A DNA stretch of 64,000 nucleotides from Paecilomyces variotii (lineage: Eukaryota): assembly GCA_004022145.1 (NCBI GenBank), contig RCNU01000005.1. One strand, written 5' to 3'. Below the pieces are notes generated by a model, which was given only the letters and a program-made list of their open reading frames with translations, did no database searches and had not been told where the DNA came from. This document shows, piece after piece, positions 1 to 12,500 of this stretch. Numbering within the stretch: the stretch's first letter is position 1; every line of letters starts with the position of its first letter. The translations under genes were made by a program, and so were the position numbers.

Positions 1-1338
1 GAGATCCTTGGCCATGTCCGGGTAGTGTCGCATCGCGTACATCCAGATTTGACGATAACCAGAGGATATACGTTCACCCCTGGATCCAGGCAGTCGGCGA
101 AAAGAAGTCTCCGATGTCTGGATTAGACAAGACCCGTTAGAGCGACGGGATCGAAAGCTATGGACTAGCGCGCTTCGCACGGTCAGCTGTTGCTTGTTTA
201 AAACAACCAGCCGTTTCACGGAGTTGGCACAGAGTTCCAGGTAGGAAATATCGCGGAAAAACGTATGAAGGGATGGGATGATGCCGTCGCACATTTCATG
301 GCTCCGGATCTTCTTCCATATTGCCCTACGTTCGGACCGGCTAAAGTTGGAGAAGACCTCCCCGCCGAGGATTTTCCCCTTTACCGTCGTCCGATCAACT
401 TTAGACGCACGAGGAGCGTAAAGCTGCAGGGTGTCAACGGTGTGGAGGTCAATAAGGGCCATCCGAGTGCGGTCATGGTTGACAAGGGTTGCCCAAAAAT
501 TCTTCACATGTGTCAAGTAGTGAATGAGTTCCTAAGACAATAAGTCAGGAAAAGCCTGCAGATAGCGACGAGTGCGACCAACTTCATCACACTTTAAAGC
601 CAGGACTGTGTTTAATAACCCAAGGCTCATCCCATTCCAGAGCCCGGGGATCACAAGTAACGCGTCAAATGCTGCACAGAGATGTGTTTTATCTGGGGAA
701 GTGAGCTGCCTCAGCCGCTTGGCTTTGTTCGGCGATAGTCGGGTCCACCAACGATTCTGAAAGAGCGCGTTCGCCTCCTGCTGATACTGGCGGATTTTCC
801 GGTACACTTCTCCATCAGTGGGAGCCTTTTCATTTGCATATTCATCGATGAGTGCCGTCCTTAGGTCACGGCTTATGTCTGCAAGAGAGGATTAGTATGC
901 ATTGGGAAATTACGCTTGTGAAATCAGACCATCCAGATATATGTCCACCGTCCACCACCGGTCTGAGGGAGGTAAGGTTTCCTCAGCAGCTTTCAATCTA
1001 TGTTGCCCATGGAGGCATTGTATTTGATGCCCACGAAAAAGAAGGCGGGGGTATTGCGGTGGACAAGTTTTAAGTTCTTCGGGGGTCAGGCCTGCAGCAC
1101 GGCATGCTCTGTCGAGGTGCTTCTTGGAGACAACAGCAGTCACGTGGTTTCGAATGTCAAGACGTTGGCACCCATCCTTGGCAAAGATATCACGTAATCG
1201 TTCCACGTTCTTCTGGTCAATCTCACGGCTCACGAGTGGCTGGAGGGAGATTTGGTTCAGGTCGATCTTGGCGGTGCCTTGGTACTTTAGGAGTCGTTCT
1301 ACGGTTAATCGCCGTTCGGTATCTGTCAACAAATCCAT
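1..1338 (-). CDS. DUF3723-family protein (Starship auxiliary gene), multi-exon, 3' end outside window
   Basis: ORFs 910..1353 (KYQGTAKIDL..REIDQKNVERLRDIF..CLHGQHRLKAA..WWTVDIYLD) and 532..807 (EYANEKAPTDGEVYRKIRQY..RWWTRLS..AFDALLVIPGLWNGM..LKCDE) match my recollection of DUF3723 proteins. ATG at 1338. Confidence 0.85.
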
Positions 1339-1636
1339 AGCTTTTAAGTTCACAAGTGACTTCGGCCTTTGTTTGTCGATGCTCGGAGGTTAGACAGAGC
1401 TATTTATGTTCAACTAAGTTGACATTATGTGGTACTTGCTTGTACACTTACTGGGGTCGTTGCGGGTTCAGCGCTGAAGCGCTGAAGCGCCAATTTCCCC
1501 ACACATCAGCGAATCCCTCTTTGAAAGACCTTTTTTTTTTCCATAAAGGAGGCCGCTATCCGAAACGGAACCAGGAATATTCATCATCTTGATTTCCCAT
1601 AACAGCTCATCTCTCTGATTGAAGGCATCACATACC

Positions 1637-2749
1637 ATGGACGACCGGCCACTCACACAACTTTACGCCGAGTCTTTTCAGGCTAAACGGCCAATACCCA
1701 AGTCAGTGTCCGCGCAGGAGTCTCAAGGTCAGGTTAAGCACAAACCAACCAAGGGAATAAAGCAATGGGAGAAGCAACAAAATTCTAAGAATATGCTTCT
1801 TGGCTATGCACAAGACGTGCCCCAAAGCAGCTCCCAAAGAGTGGGCCAGGCAGCTCAATCGCCCGTTATCCGGAGAGGGTCACCCTGGGACACATTGAAA
1901 GATCTTTTTACCTGTGATCTTGCAGGTCCCGTATCAATTGCCGTCCATGAAAAGGACCCGTCTAGGGTGATTGCTGTCCGTGCATTTTCCAGGAAAAAAG
2001 CAGATATATGGCTGCAGGTACTCCAGCAGACCCATCACCCCAACGTTATCTCTGCAAACGAAATCTTCAAGGACCATGGCATGACATATTTTACTATTGA
2101 TGACCTACCTCTGACTTTGGAACACCTGGTCGCCTGTGATATATTCCCGTCTGAGCTACAGCTGGCTTCTATACTTGCACAGGTACGGAATGCAGGATCA
2201 TCAAGAAAAAGGGCGCTAACCCAAAGAGGTGCTTAATGGATTATCTCACTTACTCGAAAACGGCTTTGAGCATCAATCCTTGACGTGTTCTAATATCCTC
2301 CTGGGCCAAGATGGAACTATTCAAATTGGTACAGATCGTTCCCACACCTACTCTTCCTGGTTGCTTATAGTCTCGGACAGGGGCTCTAGAGCACTGCATC
2401 GAACGTGAGCCACAACAATCTCAGGCGCAGATTCTCCGATCTTTAGCAACTATCACAATGTTTCTTATGCAGAAGTATCTGAAGCCTGATGGTGTGATTG
2501 GGATTGACGGTACCCGTTGGCAGTCTGACTCCTTGGAGTTCCTGTCAGCAACGGCATCGGTCGCAACCATCCAAGACTTAAGAAAGGTCAGCTGGACGTC
2601 TTATCTACATTAATAATCGGTATCTTACGAGCAAACAGCATTCCTTACTCACTAAGCACCGCTGGTCTGCAGGCACGCTAGTCGGGCTTGCCCGTCTCTG
2701 CCTTATCACTACACGCACGTTCATAACGAAACCATGGATCCAAAATTAA
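1637..2749 (+). CDS. Protein kinase-like protein (probable pseudokinase), multi-exon
   Basis: HHPNVISANEIF, LTLEHLV, QLASILAQ, then after a GT..CTAAC..AG intron VLNGLSHLLENGFEHQSLTCSNILLGQDGTIQI. This is kinase-fold subdomain order, but HRD is replaced by HQS and there is no DFG. Confidence 0.7.
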
Positions 2750-2918
2750 ACGAGATAGAAGACAAGGACATGTCCTGAATGTTTTTAATTACTTTGTCAA
2801 GTCGAAAGCAAGTAGTATTTCGTCAAATTTCAAACTGGTTAAATTTAAACATATTATGCAGGAAAGGAGGAACACTACGCTAAGTAGACACAGGAACAGC
2901 GAAATCAGGATGGTACGG

Positions 2919-4950
2919 TCAGAAATTGGGAAGAAACTCAGACATTTTCTCCTTTGCGATATACTCGGCATTTATTGCCAGCCATGTCTCGTCCGTTGTC
3001 TGGTCTGTCAAGGCTTCCTGGTCCGCTGCATAGGCATACGTTAGTTCCTCTTGTCTAATAAGGTCATTATCATCAGCCAGAACAACCGGGCGGAGATCAA
3101 CTGCAGGCACTCCCAGTATGATTGCCTTTACCACAGGCTCCAGTGAATGAAAAAGACGAACGCTACCCGGCCGGGTGCGCAAGACAAAGGATATAAAAAC
3201 ATTAAGTTGGCTGACACTGAAAGTATCCTTGATACTACGGGTCTGGGTTAGTTGACGAAAGGGATGTCGCCGGAGTACATACATAATGCGTATGGCATCA
3301 CCACCATGCAACAAGATACCGGCGCCCAAGCACGCTGCAAGCGTCCAACAAATTCTTCCTCGCCGCACATGATAGGTAGTGATATTGTCACGACGAGACT
3401 TTGATGGTTCCTCAGAGCAGGTGTTAAGAATTAACGTAGCAACAGAGACCCTACCCTGATTCATGTGTTTCTCCAACCACTTGTAGTTGAGATAAAATAA
3501 AGTTTGCGCTATGTGCTTCGCGAAGGGGTGAAGAACAATTTTATTGTCCTTCACGGCTTCAAGTAGTCTATAGTAACTAGCAGCCCCCTTTAGGCCCATC
3601 CACACAACAGGAAGTCCGAGTGCACTTAATGAGGAACATGTATCTGCTTCGCCGAGTCCTAGAAAGGGCTGCAGCGGTCTGAGAGGGTCTTGTGCGAGAA
3701 GTCCAGCTTCCGCTTCGAGGATTTGCGTGTTTCTACTCTGTTTGAGGAGCTCTGTGCCGTCTTCCCCAAATCTGCACAACTCTAAGCATCGGGATTTTCT
3801 CCGTCTCGGAATTTCAGGGCTCAGAGGCATGAGTGACTCTACCGTAGGGGGAGATTGAGAATAAGATGTAGATGGGGTCGGATAACATGAAGTCTTAGTA
3901 TCAGACCCAGGAGGCGTAGCAGGCCCCGTTGGTGGCATTACTAGGGACGAACAAGGGCTACCAATCGACAAAGGGGTAGCAATGGACCAATACGGCGTTA
4001 TCCTGTCAGCAGGGCTTGTCGGGGCTACCGACCGACCCACTTGGGGCGAATGGACAGAGGGAGAGGGCGTCGGATAAGTTAAAGCATCGAATATGCGAGA
4101 CGTCCCCGCTCCCATGGGTGTCGCTACATCCTCTGGGGTAGCGAATTCGGTGGTATTCCGGTCTTCCGGTAGCGCTATGATTTGATCCCATATCTGATCC
4201 AGCTCGTCGACGGCGTTAGGACGAATGTTCTCGGGGCTCGACAATGCGTGATCGCTGGTCAGCAGGGAAGGGTCAATGGAAGTAGGTGGTGTGCCGAGCG
4301 AAAGGTCTGTGTTATAGCTTCCTATGGGATCAACACATGGTTAGACTGAATAAGAGCGGAAAGTTAGAGATGGGCACAAGCCTAATAATAATCCTAGAGT
4401 GTTCACTTCAGCCTTTGTTTGGTTCTCCTGCACCCTAAAGCCTTCGATCATCTTGGCCTCCTGAAGCCACTGAAGAACCCCGACTAACTGGAACCAGCTC
4501 AGTTTCCGGATATCGTCAAAATCATCCCCGAGGACCCGGCCAAGCTATCACAAGGTAAGAATATACCCATGATTAGTTCTAGAGGACTCACCTTGCTAAG
4601 CTCCGAGTAGTCTAGAACATGAGGAACTTCCCCTAGCACTGATTGCTGTGACAGATAGTGAGCAGTCAGACAAGCCCCAGAGAAATACCGAACTCACGTC
4701 TATCGTAACCGACACATCATATGTCTTCAGACATCCATCCCGAGCATTCGATGATTGCCCAGCCTGGGTTGTTAAGATATGCCATCGAATATGGCCCCCT
4801 TTTCTCGCTCCCTCTAACACGCTCGAACTCTGTACCACGTAAAGCGATAGTAACTGTCTCAAATTCCTACCAAACCGGTTGACCAACTTGACTAGCGTGA
4901 GTATCCACTTCAATGAAGGTTAAGGGTAATCTACTGACATCAGAGCAAGT
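2919..4950 (-). CDS. Hypothetical protein with S/T/P-rich central region; 5' exons uncertain
   Basis: 441-aa ORF 2919..4244 plus upstream coding-like segments (4596..4913) separated by intron-like sequence. No family recognised. Confidence 0.55.
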
Positions 4951-5478
4951 GTCCTCATCCAAACTAAGCACCTCCGTCGGATGAATCTGCGAGATGTGAG
5001 CGGTTTGGAACCACGGAAGAGGGTGCACTTACAGGAAGGCAGAAAGAAAGAGATGGCATTTCAGCGGGCCAGCCGCAGAGAGTGGGATAATTAAAAGAGA
5101 AGAGCGGTGGGTCGCGACTAATTTAGCAGAGGCTATTACGGAAGTGATGCTCGGTCGGGAAAAAAGGGAGAGCATCGTGGAAAGAGGGGGGAAGTAACTT
5201 GTATTTATATGGAGGAGCAGCCACAATCGGCCTCAGAAAGTTGAGTACTGTAAAGATGGGCAGAATGGCTAAAGATGTTAAAGAAAGAGAGCGTTGGGAG
5301 CAGAATCAATGGTCTTTTGTCGAGAAATCGTGGCCCTTGGCCCTGGGTTTGAGGGCTTGCTTGCGTTAGCCCCACCGTTATAGTGCCATCATTGATCGGT
5401 TCCTGCAGATCCAGGCTCAGGCACATTTCCGTATTAAAACAAAAATAACAGATCCTTCCCCCATATTCCGTTTGGGCA

Positions 5479-5900
5479 CACAGTTGAACGGGGTTCAAAA
5501 AAAGCTTGGCGGTGCTCAACACGGAATCCGGAAAAACCTGAGCGGGGTTCAAGAGGCGGTGGCAGAATCCCAGACATTTTGAACCCCATTCAAAATATGC
5601 ATAGTAGATTTTTGAGCCCCATTTAGACTATTTTCTACCCAATTTAAAAATTTGTAAAATTTAATAAATAAAAACAGATAATATATCCTTTACTATTTAA
5701 TATATACAGTATATAAACGTTAATATAATATAGTTTTATTTGCCAAGACTTTATATCTATTGAACGGGGTTCAAAAATACAAGTTTGACCCCCGTTGAGC
5801 CTATACATGGAAAAACTTGAATGGGGTTCAGAGGCGGTGACAGGGGCGGTGGCAGAACTTTGAGCACCGCCGAGATTTTTTTGGACCCCGTTCAACTGTG
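5479..5900. mobile_element. MITE-like element with ~40-bp terminal inverted repeats and AT-rich core
   Basis: CACAGTTGAACGGGGTTCAAAAAAAGCTTGGCGGTGCTCA (5479-5518) pairs with TGAGCACCGCCGAGATTTTTTTGGACCCCGTTCAACTGTG (5861-5900). Internal GGGGTTCA and GGCGGTGGCAGAA repeats. No clear TSD. Confidence 0.75.
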
Positions 5901-5974
5901 ACCCGATTCTGTTTCCTTCTCTCCACATAACTGCTGCCTGAGTCATACAGTATCTAGAGGCAACCAATCGTTAC

Positions 5975-6185
5975 TCTTCCCTCTTTTTTTTCTTTCTTTT
6001 TTTTTCCTTCTCTAACCTTCATTTTATTTTGCTCTTACTCTGGGCTTTTTTCTTTCTCTCTTTGCCTTTCTTTCCTTTGTTTTCCCTTTGTTCTAAAATG
6101 AAAGAATTAAAAAAAAAAAGGGAAAGAAAAAAAAAAGAAAGAAAGAAAAAAAAGTTGAGAGAAGAAAGGAATGGATAAAAAAGGC
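5975..6185. repeat. Low-complexity pyrimidine tract followed by purine tract
   Basis: T/C-rich run (~5975-6093) followed by an A/G-rich run (~6095-6183), just downstream of the ferric reductase gene. Confidence 0.8.
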
Positions 6186-6268
6186 TTTGAAGGCATCCAC
6201 TGTGGCAAGAAGTTCCATTTCTGTTGATCCGGAAATGCCCCCAACAGCCTCAACTCGGCTTGTTGACG

Positions 6269-8011
6269 TTAATCAGTGCTGGGCTGATACTCTAATTCTG
6301 AGAGCTTTACGCCCTCGTGCAGGCACTCTCGTACAACGTTCTGTATGTGATCCCGAAGGTCGTCTGTTGTAGAGACTAGCCAGGACGGTCAATACGTATC
6401 TCACATGGGAATTAGGAACCTTACCCATCACTAGTGTCCGACCTTGCTCATCCCAAATGTTGGGCAGTCTCTCAACCTGGTCGCCGGATGCCTCGACAGA
6501 AATGATGCTTTGGTAATCAGGCACTTCCTGATAAATATAAACTCGCTTATGTCTGCCAAATGGTAATCCATTCTGCTCAATACCGTCGCTGACGTAAATC
6601 GAAATATGCAGTATCTAAAATGATGGTTAGTGTCAACCATAGATGAAATCTCCGAACATCGATCGAATACTAACATAGCCATCATCCATGATATCATCCT
6701 TCAGGAGGTTATTGATAAGAGACAATGCGGGGGTCATCTGGTCAACAGATTCTACCTGCCATACCAAATGTAGCCGGCGAACCTGGGAGGTGCAGGTGTT
6801 GTAACTGTGGATCATTTTCTTTAGGCATGGAATGGCCGCGGCGATCCCAGGTCCGCTGGCCAACACTAGAATGTTCTCATAGTCGCTAGCTTCCTCACTC
6901 ACTCCATGAGGACCAGTAAACAAAGCTAGGAAAGAGACCGAGCTCCCCGCAGCAGCAGGGGCATAGCGAAGAAGATCCGCAGTGAAACCACTGCGTGGCT
7001 TTACCAGAAGCTCCACAGTATCTTGCTTGCCTTTGGACCACGATGTAACCATGAGAGGGTGAGTCTGCATCCACGAACATAGACTGACTGAGGGCATCCA
7101 GAGGTTGATATACTGTCCCGCTTCTACTTTCACTGGTCGAGGCAACAAAACGCGAATGTGGACAGCGTTGGCCACAGGGCCTTCTTTAGATTCGCTTGCG
7201 CTGAATGACACGATAGCCCTGGGAGTACCACGGCCTGCGAAGAGACCGTTATAATATAGGAGGGTTATAAGCTCTAAGACTAAAGTCAACACAAAAGTTC
7301 CCAGCGCAATTAAGAGGTATATTTTTGAAGAAGTGCTCTGTGATGGGAGATGCTGCCAAGCCCCGTAGGCGAAGAGACCGGCGAGAATCTGATGTCCTCG
7401 AAGAAAGATCTCGTAGGACCAGTGACGACACCAAGGAATCGAATGCAGGGCAAGGGCGCCCAGGGAGGCCGCAGCCTATCAGAGGTTAGTTATAGCGAAG
7501 TGGCGGGTGCAAATAGGTATACAATCATAGCACAAAGATTTTGCTGTTCGCGGAGTGGAAATGTAAAGCCCTGGCCATGAACTACTGTAACAATGTGAAA
7601 TGATAGCAGGGCAACAGCCATCCAGCTAGTAGCACGATGGATCTTTCGACAGGAGTTCCATTTGATACCAAGGAGGTCCGCCAGGTAGGCTAGGTGGATA
7701 GTTGATAAAGGGAAAACCAAGTTCACCAGAGCCAGCTCTCCAGCCCGGCGGCCAGCGCCAGTCAACGACGTGATTCTGAATGAGACAAGGAAAACGTTAA
7801 TTGCAGCATATGATAAATGGAGCAACATATCAGCTCCGGTCCATGGACCCAAGAACCGATGCCTACGAATGACGAAGAATAGCGTCAGATGTTGAGACAC
7901 AACGAGAGAGAACAAATGTCTACAACTGGCCAGGAGAGAGACGGCGCGCACTAAGAAAAGTACAGCAAAAATACCGCCAGCGGTAATAGCATAAATGGCT
8001 AATGGATCCAT
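6269..8011 (-). CDS. Ferric reductase / NADPH oxidase-like transmembrane flavoprotein (FRE), multi-exon
   Basis: Hydrophobic N-terminus with His residues (KIHRAT, SFHIV), AGQYINLWMP, WMQTHPLMVTSW (FAD-binding HPF-like), GPHG, LASGPGIAAAIP (NAD-binding), RRLHLVWQV, and C-terminal ELEYQP. Confidence 0.85.
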
Positions 8012-8303
8012 TCTTTGAATATGAAAGACAGTTAAAGAAACAAGGAAGTATCGATAAGGGAAGGAAAGCATGCAAGCAGACAGCCTTTATAGTACATGAA
8101 ACTACATGTATAGATAAGGACAACCCGCGCTGAAGTACTCTGAAGGAAGACGCCATCAGTAGACAAACGAGAGCTTCTTATATAAGTTCCAGTCAATTAG
8201 TATGGACATATTCCAAGGCAAAAATACTTAAGAACCCTCGATCGCACGACTTCTGAGGCCCGAGAAAAGCATACTATACGGTACTACGTTTGCGAAGCCC
8301 GAA

Positions 8304-8672
8304 ATGTCTAAGAATATTAAAAAATCTTCCTGTATTAAAAAGCGTTACTCAGAGGCTAGTCGAGCAAAATCACAACAACGTCAGCGACGTAAGAGTAGCC
8401 TCTTTAAGAAAGCCGCAGAATTTAGCCTGGGGTGCGAATCCGACGTCGTTATCGCAATTAGGATCCAGAAAACCGGTCAGGTGTATATTTTTTATTCATC
8501 ATCGTAGGAGTGGCTAAAGTCACTCCCGAGCTTGGTACGCACCGTAATAGTGCGTTTATATACTATCTAACTCGCACCTTAGGCATATTCCTATACCCTT
8601 CCAATTCATCAGACAATTGAGGATCTCTTACCCCAGCTCAGGGAGCGTTCGCCATCATCTCCGGTTTCCTGA
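8304..8672 (+). pseudogene. Small SRF-type MADS-box protein with a premature stop
   Basis: QQRQRRKSSLFKKAAEFSLGCESDVVIAI resembles the MADS core (KRK.GL.KKA.ELS.LC...V). In-frame TAG at 8505-8507 is followed by continued coding (EWLKSLPEL), a GT..CTAAC..AG intron and a 30-codon last exon. Confidence 0.65.
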
Positions 8673-8699
8673 CCCAAGGCGACTTTAGGATACAATTGC

Positions 8700-8850
8700 T
8701 ATTAAAATAGATATTTAAATATAAATATAATATTAATAATTTTGTATTAATTTTTAAAATAAAAATTTATATGTAAGGAAATTTTTAGCTATTTAATTAA
8801 TTTAAAATTATTTTAATTTTAATTATAGTTTTTAATTTCAAAGCTATTTA
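8700..8850. other. Extremely AT-rich block, probably a RIP-degraded repeat
   Basis: Almost no C or G over ~150 bp, in sharp contrast to the flanks. Confidence 0.55.
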
Positions 8851-9141
8851 AAGGGCAAGACCATCGCAAAGGAGCTAGTCCCTATTTGGTTAGACCACTT
8901 TGTTTTTGCCTGCAGCGCTTCAGCGGTTTCGCGGAATGATTCGTCAGATGACCATGAATTCGGTGCTAGTAGCTCATATAAACCAATCAGAATCACTTTA
9001 GGCTTCAGCGTAAACCTAGGAGATACTCAATGGAACAACTATATTCCCAGACGTTTACAGTACGGTATGTACTTGTAAGATACCTTTACTATCTATAATA
9101 CATGTACATAATTCGTGTGGGAGGTCTAAATAACTAACATA

Positions 9142-9550
9142 ACGTAACTGGTAAGCGAGCGACGCAGCACTGTATTCCAGAATCAACCCTTTTTGCTACT
9201 TGGATATCTCAGCAACCACAAGTTATAGTAATATAATATTTAAAGATAGTATATAATAGTACTTTATCTTTAATAGATAAATTAGAGAAGTTTATATAAG
9301 CGTTGCTTCTTTCAGTACTAAATATCACACCCGTATTCTTGATATTTCTACTGGACAGTGTAAGGCAAACAATAAAAAATGTAGAGAAAAATATTGTTAG
9401 TCTTATTTACCCTATAATATATTATGTATGAAAGATTTTATCTTTACAATCTCTGGTTGCTGAGATATCCAAGTAGCAAAAAGGGCTGATTTGTATGGAA
9501 TACAGTGCTGTGTCCCCAACTTACATGCGTCGCTCGCTTACCAGTTACGT
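9142..9550. mobile_element. pogo/Fot1-like MITE with TA target duplication
   Basis: TA|ACGTAACTGGTAAGCGAGCGACGCA... and ...TGCGTCGCTCGCTTACCAGTTACGT|TA. The inverted repeat continues internally (CCCTTTTTGCTACTTGGATATCTCAGCAACCA / TGGTTGCTGAGATATCCAAGTAGCAAAAAGGG). Confidence 0.85.
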
Positions 9551-12500
9551 TAACTAACTAGTTATGGTAGTCATCTCCTAGGTCAGCAGACCCCGCCCGC
9601 CTTCAGCGATTTTCTATGGAAATGAAATATCTCTGCTTAACACCAACTAGAATTCGAATTTCGGAATGGCTGGCCTTTTCACTTTATGCGCGGACAGTCT
9701 GCCTACATTCGGTCCCATAGCTTAGTCACCTACTAACGTGTCCCAGTAGGGAGAATCCTTTACTTGTCGCAAGGCAACCAGAGAGGATTTTCAGACGATT
9801 ATACAGAGTACATCTCCACTAACAGCACTATATACTGCCGAATTATTTACAGTTAGAAATCCTCCCTTGCGTGGTATTATCGTACCTATCCATATCCCCA
9901 TTCAGGGATTGCACTTTCATGAATAACCGACTAAGACTGAGCTGTCCGATATATGCGATTGAGTCGATCGCATCACAGCGATTCAACAGCATATCCTTAG
10001 GTTAAGAAACAATAAGATTTGTTGCCTTTACCCCTCTCCTTAGTCGGGTATAGCCAGCAATAGGTACGTATATGATGTAGCTCAGTGGCAAATCAAACAA
10101 AATACAACTCCTATTCGGGATACCATTTGAGTAAAAAGGTGAGTCTAGAATTTGATTCTCAGCAGAATAAGAGGAATCAGTTCTTCTTCCAAGAAATTAA
10201 CGACTGCAGGTCTGCAAGAGCAGAATCAAGGGATGAGGCTTTCTGAATCTCCTTTACTAGATTGTTCACATCATCTTCCTTCCCAGAACGCAGGATACTG
10301 ATTAAGTACATGGATATGTGTCGATAGCTTTCCATGGCTTTCTCTAAAGAAGCTGCAGCCCTAAGATACTCCTTCCGAGTCGTATTGCCACAAAGGTAGA
10401 CATCCATGCCCCTCAAACAGTGATTTCTATATTATTTCGCGTAGCTCCAGTGTTTCAAATATCGTTCAGCAGCGTGTCAAAGACCGGGCAGTGGGAGGAA
10501 TGGTCACATGGGAGAAGGTGATGGAAATATATAAAGCCTATCGTTCCCGCCGGTCTATCTGGAAACCATTGTCTTTTCTCTTCTCATAAATTTTACCCTA
10601 GCTCGACGCTTGGTGGTCTATCTGAACCTCAGAAGGCTTTCCAATTTCCATATTATTTTCGCATTATTGTGTTGCGTTGCGTTCCTCTACAAAGGTGACA
10701 TTATCATTGTGTGATCGTTAATTCCTTCCTTTGTTCCGCTGTTGGTTCCTATGATAGTTTTGCTCTCTTTGTACGACTGCCAACATGTAGATTCTTTATG
10801 TACCGTATTGTATATTGACTGTGTTTTTATCTGACCATATCATGCTTTATTCCATGTGCTGCCTTCCTGTTCCTAGCCTAGGCCTGCTGTCAAGTTGAAA
10901 CACCCTCTTCCTTGATCGACCTACTGGCAGGTCGAGGGTGCCGGCCCACCTTGCAAAATATCAAGTCGGTTGCCACCAGCCCTGCAGCCAGTTACCATAC
11001 TACTGTACCGCGTCCTGCTATGTGGTCCTCGGATTTCTTTCACTGGGTGTCATTTCGTGCTAGTCTGACCCTTAGGTGGCACATATGAGAACACGGCATG
11101 ATTGCTAGCAGTTCACTAGGGGTTCTGTAGGCTTCATGGCGTTGTCCTGGAATGTCGCCGCATTATCAGCTGGCCTTCTGCAAATGCGACGGCTCCTAGT
11201 GGTGATTTATGGTTTACGAAATACGGTGCCCAAGATTATGTACGATAAGGTCTTCATGTCTTCGATGGATATCAACCACAACCCTCCGCAAAAGAAAAGA
11301 GCCCAGACTGCCAAACTAGTAAGCGGACCTGGCAGGTTCACCTTTCCATTGGACCCGTTCTTTATTTCTTTATAAATACAGGCCGACCCAGTCTGACTTC
11401 AATACGAGGCTGGTGGATGGTGGATGGTACATGGCTCGACGGCCTATCGAAGTGGAATTCATTCATTTTGGCCAGGTCTGATGTTTCCTTTGTCGTTCGC
11501 TGAGTTATCATTCTGACATGGATCGGACATAACCTAGAATCCTAGTTTGACCTCCACATTTGCTAGTTAACACGTAATCAATATGGTAAATGATCCTAGT
11601 TTCTCAGTGGTCTTTCTTATTTATCCTCGAAACGGATCAGGCATACGTCTCTGAAAAGCTGAAGTATCCTGATGAGCATCGAGGGACAAATTAAAATTGG
11701 TAATAAATCAACGATAGTTAATTTCTTTCGTGTGGAGAGATCACTGACGCTTCTTAGAACGCATAGACTGCTGCCGTTGACGACTTCCGGATGAATCATC
11801 AAGAGCCGACCTGATCTCTGTCGCTAACGTGACTATGGAATTGATGCAGGGCTATGCAAAAGATGAGGGCGTATTAGGCGTGGACAGCCTCAATCGCTCG
11901 TCTTCCGGTTCCACTGCACTAGACTTCTTATCAACTACTACTTCTGCCAATTCAGTGGATGAGCTCAGAAAGGTATGTGCAGCGAAGCTTTCATTTAGGG
12001 CGCAGGCTGATGTTAAATAGCACCCTCTTGTCACGAAGACGAGTCCGTCTATAAAAGAGCTAATGTGGCTAGCTTGGTTTGCGCTCTATTCCGCACGCAC
12101 TTTCTGGTACTATAGTCCTTCGTTAGATGAGGTTGAATAATTGTACTCGGGATTTGCGGGGCTGTTGAGGTTAGTTCAGTGCTGGAGACCAGGCACTGAA
12201 GCACAGAATTGGCACCAGGGTCGAGCCGCTTATGGTTTGTCTGTTCTCTTTCTTCCCCCTTCATAATACCCTTGATAATGAATTCTGCTGTTCTATTCAG
12301 AGTGAAATAGAAAGAGATTTTAGTCGATTTGAATATCCTGGGCTTCACCAAATCTCATAAAACATGCTATTCTCTACTCACTTAGAGATCCCAGCTTTTC
12401 AATTATCGAGCTATATCTGTATGACAATAACCTCAATTCTTTAATTATATATGTTCGTATAGCAAGGACATATGTTGAGTACTCCCGTTCAGTTGCACTA

